Position numbers and translations under genes: made by a program. Positions 1-9,560 of a stretch of 64,000 nucleotides of DNA are shown one piece after another. Source of the stretch: Acidobacteriota bacterium (lineage in GTDB: Bacteria > Acidobacteriota > UBA6911); NCBI GenBank assembly GCA_963664705.1, contig OY761556.1:4640001-4704000 (forward strand), in the 5' to 3' direction. The first letter of the stretch is position 1, and each line of letters starts with the position of its first letter. A model generated the notes under the pieces. The model did not search any database, was not told the origin of the DNA, and saw nothing but the letters and a program-made list of their open reading frames with translations.

Positions 1-1
1 T

Positions 2-652
2 GTCGCTGCGGCCAATAATATGGGCCTGATCGCAATGAAGGTTTTTGCCGACGGAGCGATGTATGCAAAAGACGCGGTTTTTACTTCGAAGCCGGAGCAG
101 GTGGTTCGAACCGTCGGAAGCAAAACGCTGCCGAGCCGCCAATTGATTGAATATTCATTGAGCACACCTGGAATCCACACGGCCATCATCGGTACCGGTC
201 ACATCGATTCCGATCCCGAAGCGTGCCAGTTGAATCAAAATCTCATCGCGGCACAAATCAAGCCCAACGGCCTCGCCGTCTCTGATCGGAGGGAAATTGA
301 AAAACTGGCCGGTGCTGTCAAGGGAGGAAAAACCAATTACTTCCAAGCGCCCGCCCAACCACTCACGGCTCCGCGCAATGCAGCGGTCAAACAGGAAATG
401 CAGGGGCAGAAACGCGTAGCTAAGCTGCAATGGCAGACCGCCTACGCGGGCGACGAACCCATCGCACATTACGAAATATGGCGTGACCAGAAGAAGGCGG
501 GCCAGATTATACACAAGCCGCAGGTTACCCTAGCTCCATTTGCGTTTGAAGAAGCTCTGTCGGACAAAGGAGCGCATCGTTACCAGGTTGTGTCGGTGGA
601 TGCGGCCGGGCGCAATGCCAAAACCGAAGAGATTCTGCTCCCATCCCTCTAG
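2..652 (+). CDS. 5'-partial aldo/keto reductase-family protein with C-terminal fibronectin type III-like domain
   Basis: Frame is open from the window edge (VAAANNMGLIAMKVFADG). IAMKVF...YSLSTPGIHTAIIG is an AKR C-terminal signature. The tail (LTAPRN...LQWQ...IAHYEIWRD...YQVVSVDAAG) looks like FN3. Confidence 0.65.
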   Translation, partial: VAAANNMGLIAMKVFADGAMYAKDAVFTSKPEQVVRTVGSKTLPSRQLIEYSLSTPGIHTAIIGTGHIDSDPEACQLNQNLIAAQIKPNGLAVSDRREIEKLAGAVKGGKTNYFQAPAQPLTAPRNAAVKQEMQGQKRVAKLQWQTAYAGDEPIAHYEIWRDQKKAGQIIHKPQVTLAPFAFEEALSDKGAHRYQVVSVDAAGRNAKTEEILLPSL

Positions 653-666
653 ATTCGTTCGCATAA

Positions 667-715
667 TCCGTGAAATTCGTGGCCGTCGGCGCCTTTTTGC
701 CACGAATTTCACGGA
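667..715. repeat. Palindromic REP-like element, family A (AATTCGTGGC...GCCACGAATT), copy 1
   Basis: Perfect 17-bp inverted arms at 667-683 and 699-715, just after the stop at 652. Confidence 0.8.
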
Positions 716-879
716 GCTGCCCAAGATCCGGCAAAAGATAAATCCATGTAAATTCCAGACTCGCGCAGCTCGGCGCCGGCGTTTTGTTGCAACTTTTTGG
801 GACCGGCATTCGTATTGATTGCTGTTGTGAATGAAACGAAGGGCTTTCAGGAGCTTCTTTCCTGATACGGAGATCGAAA

Positions 880-1167
880 ATGCTGTCCGTCGTCGCAAAA
901 ATGGATCGAGAAAGTCTGGTCAGGGAAATTTTCGCTGCGCTGCATCAATGGCCTGAGCTGGATCGCCATATCTTCTCTCAAGCTCATTATCATGGGCAAT
1001 CACTGGAGACGATTTCTCGCTCTGTCCAGTTGAGCGTTGAAGAAGTAAGCGGGATTCTCAGACGGTGTGACCGGCAGTTGCATGAATCGTTGAAAGCGTT
1101 CCGAAAGGATAGCGACTGCGGGAAGTCTTTTCCCTTCGACAGTGCAATTTCGCGTCCGGCAGCCTGA
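880..1167 (+). CDS. Small protein resembling a standalone sigma-70 region 4 helix-turn-helix
   Basis: ALHQWPELDRHIFSQAHYHGQSLETISRSVQLSVEEVSGILRRCDRQL matches the ECF sigma region 4 pattern; no region 2 is present. Confidence 0.6.
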   Translation: MLSVVAKMDRESLVREIFAALHQWPELDRHIFSQAHYHGQSLETISRSVQLSVEEVSGILRRCDRQLHESLKAFRKDSDCGKSFPFDSAISRPAA

Positions 1168-1186
1168 AGAGTGCAACCCTCCGAAG

Positions 1187-1702
1187 CTACCGCCCGCCGT
1201 TGAGGGGTTTATCGAGGGTGAGCGGTTTCATGCGCATGTGAATTTCGGTCCCCCCCTTCTCAAACCGGACCTCATCCGCCAGTTGATTGATCAGGTAGAT
1301 GCCGCGGCCGCCGGCCGAAAAAAGGTTCTGGCCGGCAATGGGGCTCGGAATGGATTTGGGATCAAATCCGGGTCCGGGATCACGAACAATAATCAGCATG
1401 CCTCGCTGCTGATCGCAGGCAACACAGCATTGGACCTGCTTCGCAGGGTCGTTGGCACTCCCATGCCGGATTGCATTGGCAAGAGCTTCGGATAATACCA
1501 GCTCAATTTCAAATTCGCGTCCCGCGGCGCAACCCATCCCGCTGATTACTGCCATGATCTTCTGGACAACACCGGCAATCGCGCCAATCTCTCCCGGCAG
1601 GATTACCTCGAGTTTCACCAGGAGATTACTGCAATCGAAATCACAGTGCGTAACGGATTCGGTCAACATGTCGGCGATCCTCATACCCGCTTCCGGGCAC
1701 AC
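1187..1702 (-). CDS. RsbW-like anti-sigma factor / serine kinase (HATPase_c_2)
   Basis: ELVLSEALANAIRHG (N box), VRDPGPGFD (G1), GGRGIYLI (G2), GTEI; true start may be the ATG at 1684. Confidence 0.85.
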   Translation of the reverse strand: MCPEAGMRIADMLTESVTHCDFDCSNLLVKLEVILPGEIGAIAGVVQKIMAVISGMGCAAGREFEIELVLSEALANAIRHGSANDPAKQVQCCVACDQQRGMLIIVRDPGPGFDPKSIPSPIAGQNLFSAGGRGIYLINQLADEVRFEKGGTEIHMRMKPLTLDKPLNGGR

Positions 1703-1888
1703 CCGCTCAAATAAAAACTCTCTTTCTCCTTTATCGGTGCTTTGGCATATTCTGTTTACCTGACTGGAGTATATAACGATCGCTTATCGACGGCAAATTG
1801 GAGGCCGCTTTTCAATGATGTGCTCGGCCGCCGGGAATTGAGCCGCGGACTCAGGCACGCGCCGGAAGGCGGCGCAACGTTTCCCAAA

Positions 1889-2638
1889 ATGAAGACACTT
1901 CACCGCACCAAGGGACTTGTCCAGGAGCTGCACGTCACCAGCAATGGCCCGATGGTTACGCTGTGGTCTGAAGCGGGAATCCGCCATACGGTCTTGGATA
2001 GTGTTTCTCCTCATACGCCCGGGCTTGAATACGCGCGTAATATGCTGGCGGTACTCGCGTTTTGCCCGCGGCCTCAATCATGCCTGATCCTGGGACTGGG
2101 CGGAGGATCCATTCCACGCATGCTGATGGCGGCATGTCCTCATTTGCAGGTGGATGCGGTTGAGATTGATCCTGCGGTTGTGAGGTTGGCCGCGGAATAC
2201 TTTAGCATCGGTTCACTGCCCCGCCTCGCAATTCACCTGGATGACGCGGCCGCGTTCCTGCATCGCTGCACAACACGATATTCATTGATCATCATCGACA
2301 CCTATATCGGAGAACGATTCCCCGACCAATGCACGACGCGGGAGTTTATTGTGGATGCCCGGAAATGCCTGATTGACAACGGCGTGCTGGCTTTGAACTG
2401 GTTGAGTGATGACCTGCAGATTCGGGATCAGCTGTTGGACTGTCTCGAATCATTGATTGGGCCGGTCTGGCAATTGCCCTGCCTGGACTCCGGGAATATG
2501 CTGTATTTCGCTACGGAGGCGGCGCATACAAGATCTACGATCATTTCCGCCGCGGGGGCCGTCGGAGCCGAACTCCCTTTCGAGAATTCGCTCAAACGGC
2601 TCTCGCAGCGGTTGCGGAAGGACACGAGAGGAGATTGA
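1889..2638 (+). CDS. Spermidine synthase-like SAM-dependent methyltransferase
   Basis: LILGLGGGS, VEIDPAVV, DDAAAFL and YSLIIID motifs; ATG 1889 preferred over the ORF start at 1742. Confidence 0.75.
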   Translation: MKTLHRTKGLVQELHVTSNGPMVTLWSEAGIRHTVLDSVSPHTPGLEYARNMLAVLAFCPRPQSCLILGLGGGSIPRMLMAACPHLQVDAVEIDPAVVRLAAEYFSIGSLPRLAIHLDDAAAFLHRCTTRYSLIIIDTYIGERFPDQCTTREFIVDARKCLIDNGVLALNWLSDDLQIRDQLLDCLESLIGPVWQLPCLDSGNMLYFATEAAHTRSTIISAAGAVGAELPFENSLKRLSQRLRKDTRGD

Positions 2639-2707
2639 GACTGGATTTCGTTAACGCTACATTCCAAGGGCTCGGACGCACTATCCGAGCCCGAAAGTTT
2701 TTTTACT

Positions 2708-4666
2708 TTACCTGGAGGGATAAAACCAGGCTCCCTGTGGACCGAGGACAAGTCCGGAGATAGAACCGCTTGTCCCTTTACACAAAACGCTCTCACCGGA
2801 ATCAACCATTGAATTGGGATCAAGCAGCGCCGGATACCATTGCAAGGAGGTAGCCGTTCGGATCTTTCCCGTGCTTGCTTTGCCCTGTAGCAAGACACTG
2901 GACCCGCTGACAAAGCCATCCCCCCACAGGACGCCGTCACCCCACAGAACGCCGGTTCCAAAAGCGTTCTGCTTGATTTTCATCAATGAATCACCCCACA
3001 GGACACCATCGCCCCACAGAACACCATCGCCCCACAGGACGCCATCGCCCCACAGAACGCCGTCACCCCACAGGACGCCATCGCCCCACAGGACGCCATC
3101 GCCCCATAGAACACCGTCGCCCCACAAGACAGACTGGCCGCTGATAGTGCTGTAGTTCTTGACGGCCGAAGGATTTGCGATCAGTTGCGTCCCGACGGCC
3201 AGGGTATTTGAATTCTGCGAGATCGCTGAAGCCAGCCGCACTGCCCCTTCCGCATTGAGATAGCCATTGCCCTGCTCAATAATGCTGGGAGTGGTCATCC
3301 TTTGCGCGGTATAGGCAAGAACCGCTTTCACCAGGTTCGGCGTTAATGAAGGGTTGGCCTCCAACATGAGCGCCACCGTTCCTGAAACGGCCGGCGCAGC
3401 CATCGATGTTCCGCTCAATGTAAAGTAAGCATAGGAATCCACATTCTGCCCGGTGGGATATACGCGATTGGCCGGATTGTTAACAAAAAGGCTGGAGCCT
3501 TCATTGATAAAGGCAACCACCTTGTTGCCCGGAGCCACGAGGTCGGGCTTTACAATTCCGTCAATCACCGTCGGCCCACGCGAACTGTAACTGGCAACCG
3601 TATCATCACTGCGAATGCTGGTGCCTTTGGTGTCGGTGGCCCCGACGGTGATGACCGCAGGGTCGTTGGCCGGGCTCAGGATGCTTCCATACGCCTTTGC
3701 ACCATTGCCCGTCTGGCCATAATTGCCTGCAGCAACGACCACAACGATTCCCGCTTTGACACATCTTTCCACAGCCTGGCAGAGAGGATCCGTCTTGTAG
3801 GACTCGTATACCGGATGCCCTAAAGACAGATTGATGATCCGGATGTTATAGGCGCTCTTGTTGGCGATGCACCAGTCCAGAGAGGCAATGACATCCGAGG
3901 TACTGCCTGAACCAAGCTTGGTGAGAACTTTGAGATTGATGAATTTGACTTTAGGCGCCACGCCCTTATAGGTATGGCTTGCACCAAGAGAACTCCAGGT
4001 TGCGCGGATTCCATCCCCGCCAATGATGCTGGCAACGTGCGTTCCGTGGCCATAATCATCATAGGTTGTTCCCGAATGGGAAAAATCCGCCGCAGCAACC
4101 ACGCGCTGAACATCCGAATAACCGGCGTTGCCCGAATCGATAATGGCAACGCCAATTCCATTGCCGGTCAATGCCTTCCCGGTAGAGGCTCCGCTCCACA
4201 CCTGGTCGGCCCCAATAGAGGTGGTCGTATTGAAGATGCTGCCTTTGATTTCGTGGTCGATGGAAATCCGAGTCACGTGGGGATGCTTCTCAAGGTTCTT
4301 CAATTCCCCGAAGTGAACCCTGGCCACGGCGATCGGCAGGTTTTCAAATTCCTTCGACACGCTTCCGCCGGCATCGAGAATCGCCTGCTTGCGGGCAATT
4401 TTGGCTGCCTGCCGGAGTTCTCTTTCTCCTGCCGCCGCCCTCACAATGGATTCATCATCCAGGTACTGAACAATCACATCGGCGGTGGCATTGGGATCCA
4501 CCTTGGAGCCGTCAAGAACTTCCAGTGCCGGCTCAAGTTTGCCTAGCCCCAATGTCTGGTTATGCCTGCTTTGCGACTGGCCGATGCCGGCCATGGCAAT
4601 GCACAAAGCAAGTATGGCGAAAACGCCAAGTATGGATTTCGTGCGGACCGCTTTTTGAGCGCTCAT
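2708..4666 (-). CDS. Secreted S8 (subtilisin/AprX-like) serine protease with C-terminal WGDGVL repeats
   Basis: Signal peptide, prodomain, catalytic motifs IIDSG, GHGTHVA and SGTSMA, oxyanion VAAGN; start placed at MSAQ (4666). Confidence 0.92.
   Translation of the reverse strand: MSAQKAVRTKSILGVFAILALCIAMAGIGQSQSRHNQTLGLGKLEPALEVLDGSKVDPNATADVIVQYLDDESIVRAAAGERELRQAAKIARKQAILDAGGSVSKEFENLPIAVARVHFGELKNLEKHPHVTRISIDHEIKGSIFNTTTSIGADQVWSGASTGKALTGNGIGVAIIDSGNAGYSDVQRVVAAADFSHSGTTYDDYGHGTHVASIIGGDGIRATWSSLGASHTYKGVAPKVKFINLKVLTKLGSGSTSDVIASLDWCIANKSAYNIRIINLSLGHPVYESYKTDPLCQAVERCVKAGIVVVVAAGNYGQTGNGAKAYGSILSPANDPAVITVGATDTKGTSIRSDDTVASYSSRGPTVIDGIVKPDLVAPGNKVVAFINEGSSLFVNNPANRVYPTGQNVDSYAYFTLSGTSMAAPAVSGTVALMLEANPSLTPNLVKAVLAYTAQRMTTPSIIEQGNGYLNAEGAVRLASAISQNSNTLAVGTQLIANPSAVKNYSTISGQSVLWGDGVLWGDGVLWGDGVLWGDGVLWGDGVLWGDGVLWGDGVLWGDSLMKIKQNAFGTGVLWGDGVLWGDGFVSGSSVLLQGKASTGKIRTATSLQWYPALLDPNSMVDSGESVLCKGTSGSISGLVLGPQGAWFYPSR
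2915..3132 (-). repeat. 18-bp coding tandem repeat encoding (G/S)VLWGD, 8 + 2 copies
   Basis: Eight consecutive units at about 2991-3132 and two more at about 2915-2954; variation is mostly at synonymous positions. Confidence 0.95.
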
Positions 4667-4903
4667 ATCATTCCTCGAGAAAGGTAATCGTTCTTTTACA
4701 CTTGCCTTCTCGACGGATCGAAAGCCCAACTATATGGGACAATATTCTCATTTTTTTTAAGCTCTTTGTGTCGGATGGAGGGTTGTCAATGAGGCACAGT
4801 TCGCCTACCCCGGCTGGCACATTTGTGCCAGGCGTTCGCAAATGTGCTGGCAAAAGCAACGGTTGTAGACAACAATCGCCTGAACAATCAGAGGGAGATA
4901 ACG

Positions 4904-6565
4904 ATGGCTTTGAGCCGCAGGGCCTTTTTGACACAAGTTTCTCTGGCTGCGAGTGTGGCATCCACCTCTTTCTCTCGGAGAGCTGTTGCCTTCGCCCAAA
5001 CCCCGCCCAAAGAGATCCTGGGCAAAACGATCTACGGTCGTGTCCGAGGCATGCGGAATAATGGAGTCTGCATCTTTAAGGGAATTCCCTATTCCGGATC
5101 ACCCGCCGGAATCAATCGATTCAAACCCGCACCGAAACTCAAGCCCTGGACGGGTATCCACGATGCCACCTGCTATGGCGCGCAGTCCATTCAGCCGGCG
5201 GATCCGGCATGGCCGAAGGAATGGAAGCCGGCCATTTCTAGTGAAGACTGTCTCTATCTGAATGTCTGGACTCCGCGCGTGGGGAAAGGCAGCAAAAGGC
5301 CTGTCATGTTTTACTCACACGGGGGAGGATTTGCGACCGGAAACGGCGGTGCCGATGTGGCACCTCAGGATGCCTTTCATGACGGGGCTGCGCTTGCCCG
5401 GGATTACGACGTGGTGGTTGTCACCCATAATCATCGTTTGGGACTGATGGGATACCTCTATCTCGGGGAACTGCTGGGAGACGAATATGCCGCGTCGGGC
5501 GCGGCCGGCATGATGGATATTGCCGCTGCACTCGAATGGGTACGCGACAACATCGAGGAATTCGGCGGGGATCCCGGCAATGTCATGATCTGGGGAGAAT
5601 CGGGCGGCGGCGCCAAGACCACAACCCTTACCGCGCTTCCCAGGGCGAAGGGCCTGTTTCACAAGGCGAGTATAGAAAGCGGCGCCACCCTGCGCTTGCG
5701 TAGCCGCGAATCGGCGGTCGAAACCACTCTGGCAGTATTGAATGCGCTCGGATTGAAGGAAAGCCAGGCACGCAATCTGCTCACCCTGCCGGCTGAAAGG
5801 CTCTGCGCTGTGCAGCAGGAACTTCCCCGGCGCGCATCGCCAACAACATCGGTTTCCAGGGCGCTGGCTGAGGGACTGGGCTTCAGCCCGGTAGTGGATG
5901 GGCATCATGTCCCAAGCCACCCCTATGATCCGGCTGCACCGGCCATGTCTGCCGGTATCCCAATGATTGTCGGGACGAATAAGGATGAAACGCTCTTCAT
6001 GTTCCGCTCGATGCCCGAGCTTTTTTCAATGGATGAGGCGGGCCTTCGCCGGAGGCTGCAGGAGGCGTATAGGGACAACTCGGACAGAATCCTTGCTGTC
6101 TATCGCCGATCAAGGCCCGGGGCATCTCCCACCGACCTGTATGTGGCAATCACAACCGCTCAATGGATGGGAATGAACGCGATTACCATGGCTGAGCGCA
6201 AAGCCGCTTTAAGGGCAGGCCCGGTTTTCATGTACATATTTGCCTATGAATCCGATACTCCTGTTGCACCCGGAATTTCCTACCGGATGAAAGCGGCTCA
6301 TGCATCCGAGATCCCGTTTAAGTTCAACCATCCTGAATCCAATGCATCGGATTCGCGACAGGCTGAGCTGCGGCAGGCGACCAGGAATATGAGCAAAGCC
6401 TGGGCTACATTCGCGCACACAGAAAACCCCAGCCATGCGGATATTCCGAACTGGCCGGCATACACCCTCGACCGGCGTGCAACGATGATACTGGATGCTC
6501 AATGCAGGGTTGTGGACGATCCTTATCGCGAGGAGCGCCTGCTTTGGAATGAGCTTCGGCCGTAA
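4904..6565 (+). CDS. Tat-exported type-B carboxylesterase (para-nitrobenzyl esterase-like)
   Basis: SRRAFL twin-arginine signal, EDCLYLNVW, HGGGF, GESGGG nucleophile motif, HASEI; RBS GAGGGAG before ATG 4904. Confidence 0.9.
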   Translation: MALSRRAFLTQVSLAASVASTSFSRRAVAFAQTPPKEILGKTIYGRVRGMRNNGVCIFKGIPYSGSPAGINRFKPAPKLKPWTGIHDATCYGAQSIQPADPAWPKEWKPAISSEDCLYLNVWTPRVGKGSKRPVMFYSHGGGFATGNGGADVAPQDAFHDGAALARDYDVVVVTHNHRLGLMGYLYLGELLGDEYAASGAAGMMDIAAALEWVRDNIEEFGGDPGNVMIWGESGGGAKTTTLTALPRAKGLFHKASIESGATLRLRSRESAVETTLAVLNALGLKESQARNLLTLPAERLCAVQQELPRRASPTTSVSRALAEGLGFSPVVDGHHVPSHPYDPAAPAMSAGIPMIVGTNKDETLFMFRSMPELFSMDEAGLRRRLQEAYRDNSDRILAVYRRSRPGASPTDLYVAITTAQWMGMNAITMAERKAALRAGPVFMYIFAYESDTPVAPGISYRMKAAHASEIPFKFNHPESNASDSRQAELRQATRNMSKAWATFAHTENPSHADIPNWPAYTLDRRATMILDAQCRVVDDPYREERLLWNELRP

Positions 6566-6596
6566 ACGGTTTTCCTGGCCATCTTGCGAATCCGCG

Positions 6597-7460
6597 TTAC
6601 CTCAATTGGGAACGCATTTTTGCGAGCCGATCGGACAATGCCAGCTTTTCATCAATGACACGCCTGGGATTCGGAATAACGCCCGGCAGAGGCGCAGGCG
6701 CGTCCGAAATCAGTTTCTGCAACATCGGCAGTTCGGCGGGCTTGTTGAGAATCTCCAGATACGCGGGCGTGATCTTCGCCATTATCGGCGGGGCCTGGGC
6801 ATTGATGCCTCTCAAAAGATCCAATTCGCGCCGAATTGCCGATTGCCAATCAGGTCCATCACCCAGTCGGCTCACGGCTTTCAGCAGATCAGTGCGCTGG
6901 CCGGCAGAAAGCTGCGGCGCACGCAGGGCTGATTCGATGGCCCCCAGATGTTGAATAATGAGCCCCTTCGCCGCAAGGGCCGAGAATAGAGTCCCGCCAG
7001 TCGCCACATCGCTTGAAAAACGCAGGCCGCCGGCCAGCGTGCGCACGGCGTGGTCCTTCTCTCCGGCAAGTAACAGATGAAAGCCATACAGCACATTCAA
7101 CCGGCCTAAAGCCAATGCCTTTCGAACGTACTCCACCGGCGTGTTGGCCCCAAGTTGATAATCCAGACCCCAGTCGCATTCGGGAAGAGTGGTGCCACGA
7201 AGCATAGCTTCCAATGCAGGCCGGTTCCTTTCAACAAGGCTCCGATATTTCGCGTCAGCATAGGGGGTTGTTCCTTCCAGAACAGCCGTTAGCGCTTTTG
7301 CCTGTTCATCCGGCATGGCCGCATCCTGCATTTGAGCGAAGGCCGACCAATAGCGAAGGGCGGCATTCGCACCAAGCCCAGCCCTTTGTTCAGTAGAAAA
7401 CCCACTCAATGAAAAGGTCAGAAGAATAATTGCGGGATAGATCTTGCGCGTCCTCATCAT
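6597..7460 (-). CDS. Secreted all-helical hypothetical protein
   Basis: 287-aa ORF with N-terminal signal peptide and an upstream AGGAG-like RBS; no family recognised. Confidence 0.7.
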   Translation of the reverse strand: MMRTRKIYPAIILLTFSLSGFSTEQRAGLGANAALRYWSAFAQMQDAAMPDEQAKALTAVLEGTTPYADAKYRSLVERNRPALEAMLRGTTLPECDWGLDYQLGANTPVEYVRKALALGRLNVLYGFHLLLAGEKDHAVRTLAGGLRFSSDVATGGTLFSALAAKGLIIQHLGAIESALRAPQLSAGQRTDLLKAVSRLGDGPDWQSAIRRELDLLRGINAQAPPIMAKITPAYLEILNKPAELPMLQKLISDAPAPLPGVIPNPRRVIDEKLALSDRLAKMRSQLR

Positions 7461-7726
7461 CGATATCCTCCTAAAACCCTGCAGCCAATCTTTTCGCCTG
7501 CCACCGGGGTGCGGGAAGCATTCTTACCTGGTTCTATTCATGCACCATCCTTATCGGCAGAATTCGCAGGCTGATACCGGGGATTGGGCAGAACACAGAA
7601 AAAGAAAGATGCGGGCAAAATCAGGGAAATCCGCTCCAGAACATGCTTTGCGCCAAGAAATACATACATACGGGAACAAATTGGGCTCTCCGACGTCTAT
7701 TAAAACTATCCTGAAAGGCCAGTTCT

Positions 7727-9265
7727 ATGTCCTGTTCTAAAGCCCTGATTCAGATTTGCCTTCTTTGTTCCGTCCTCGTACTGATGGCCTGCAAACCAAA
7801 ACCGGTCACTGTTGCGACGCCTGCCATTCGCCCGGAGGTTGCCGAAATTGTGGCCCAGGCAAATGCCCGAATGCGGGAATCGCACCTTTACGCATGGAAG
7901 CAGGCTGAATCCCTATATCAAAAAGCCTATGCGCTCGCGCCCGCCAAAGAGATCCAAAGCGACCTGATGCTGGCTCGTTTTCTGACTCTCGTTCGACAGA
8001 TCGATGAAGATATCCCCTGCCCTGAAGCGGAGACACTCATTAGGGAGTTGGGGACGGGTGATGCATATCAGAGAAATCTGGGCATCATGGCAGAGTGGAT
8101 TCTGAATGGAAGAAAAGTGGGGCAACTCAAACTCAACGCGCCCATCTTCAGAGGACAGGACCCGGCGCTCGAAAGCTATATCAACCTGCTTCTGTTCGAA
8201 GCAACGCCCAGGTTTGACGCATTTTCTTCCCAAAGCCCACAGCCAACCGCCCAGGAATCGCCCCTATTTCTCTATCTGAACACGGCAAAGCTGACCTCCA
8301 TCGATTCGGCGGAATTTGAAAGACGGTATCCGCAGTTTGCCGAAGGATATGCATGCCTGGCGGATCACTATTATCAGAAGAAGCAATATCGTAAGGCTTT
8401 GAGCTTTTACGAGAAAGCCGTCGATCTTATCCCGGAATACATCAATGCACTGGTCGGACTGGGCAACCTGAATTTCTATATCCTCGAAGACTATGCACGC
8501 GCGATGCGTTATTACGACACGGCTATCAAACGGGACACTTCAAGCGCCGCGGCTCTGTTTGGCAAAAGCCTGGTGCTGCAGCAATTGGAGGAATATTCGG
8601 AATCGAACGCCCTCCTTGACCGGATGCTGTCCGGCAGACTCGCGCGTCACAGGTGGATCGAGGGCGTGCCGGATGCGCAGTATTACCAGGGCGAAGGACA
8701 CTATCTGAAGGCTTATAACCATTATCTGATGAACGATCCGGTCAAGGCGCGCGAGTATGTCGATATCGCTGCCAAATTCCTTCCGGATGCCGCGGAAATC
8801 CGCTACCTGTCCGGACTTCTATATTACGAATCAAAGAACATGGAACCCGCGCGCAGAGACTTCCTGCATGTCACCCAAATGGGGAACTACAACTGTAACG
8901 CACAAATGAATCTCGGATTCATCTACGAGCAGTTCAAAGAGACCTACGGGACTCAGCCATTGCCAGGTGACAAAGAACCTGCCGCAAAGAAGTCCCTCCA
9001 GTATTTTGTGGCTGCGGCCGGGTGCATGGAGGCTGTTTCCGGTTCCCTGAGCTACCAGATAAAAAACCTGAACACCCTCGATCTGGACCCAAAGGAAATT
9101 GCCGCTCTCAAGGTGCGGCTGGAGCAAAAATTGACGGATGTTCGGTCGTCATCTGCCACAAACATCGGGAAAATCACCAGCCGCGTTTCGGCAAGTTCCG
9201 AACCTGAGAAAGATGTATTCCTAAAGCACCTGCAGGATATTCTTACGCGCCTCCGCTCCACTTAG
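7727..9265 (+). CDS. Tetratricopeptide-repeat lipoprotein
   Basis: Lipobox LMAC; several TPR-like units (ALSFYEKAVDLIPEY, AMRYYDTAIKRD). Confidence 0.8.
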   Translation: MSCSKALIQICLLCSVLVLMACKPKPVTVATPAIRPEVAEIVAQANARMRESHLYAWKQAESLYQKAYALAPAKEIQSDLMLARFLTLVRQIDEDIPCPEAETLIRELGTGDAYQRNLGIMAEWILNGRKVGQLKLNAPIFRGQDPALESYINLLLFEATPRFDAFSSQSPQPTAQESPLFLYLNTAKLTSIDSAEFERRYPQFAEGYACLADHYYQKKQYRKALSFYEKAVDLIPEYINALVGLGNLNFYILEDYARAMRYYDTAIKRDTSSAAALFGKSLVLQQLEEYSESNALLDRMLSGRLARHRWIEGVPDAQYYQGEGHYLKAYNHYLMNDPVKAREYVDIAAKFLPDAAEIRYLSGLLYYESKNMEPARRDFLHVTQMGNYNCNAQMNLGFIYEQFKETYGTQPLPGDKEPAAKKSLQYFVAAAGCMEAVSGSLSYQIKNLNTLDLDPKEIAALKVRLEQKLTDVRSSSATNIGKITSRVSASSEPEKDVFLKHLQDILTRLRST

Positions 9266-9280
9266 GTCTCTTTTTGCGGG

Positions 9281-9399
9281 ATTTCAGATTCCAGATTCCA
9301 GATTTCAGATTTCAGATTCCAGATTCCAGATTCCAGATTCCGGATTCCAGATTCCGGATTCCGGATTTCAGATTCCGGATTTCAGATTCCGGATTCAAG
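9281..9399. repeat. Heptamer tandem repeat ATT(C/T)C(A/G)G, 17 units
   Basis: 16 units of ATTCCAG/ATTTCAG/ATTCCGG plus a degenerate ATTCAAG, in the intergenic space between convergent genes. Confidence 0.95.
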
Positions 9400-9426
9400 A
9401 CTGGAACTTGAATCGCAATGCATATC

Positions 9427-9528
9427 AGCCCCGGAGGGGCGATCAGAAAGTAGCCAGGGGTGAGCGCAGCGAACCCCTGGTAAAACAGTGAAAAAATAGC
9501 AGCCCTGAAGGGGCGAAAGAACGGCAAT
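9427..9528. repeat. REP-like element, family B (GCCC...GGGGCGAAAGA with central CCAGGGG/CCCCTGG hairpin)
   Basis: Two GCCCNNNAGGGGCGA units flank a hairpin at 9454-9480; related copies at 14345-14391 and 49837-49864. Confidence 0.7.
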
Positions 9529-9560
9529 TGCAAAAAGGCAAATGGCATTAGGCGAAAATA

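Noticed and set aside
2814-3155. Plus-strand ORF with (PSPHRT)n repeats
   Set aside because: Antisense shadow of the WGDGVL repeats of the S8 protease
4815-4828. TGGCAC...TGC as a sigma-54 promoter
   Set aside because: GG-to-GC spacing is 9 rather than the required 10
9281-9399. Possible CRISPR array
   Set aside because: Units are 7 bp and contiguous with no spacers, and there are no cas genes
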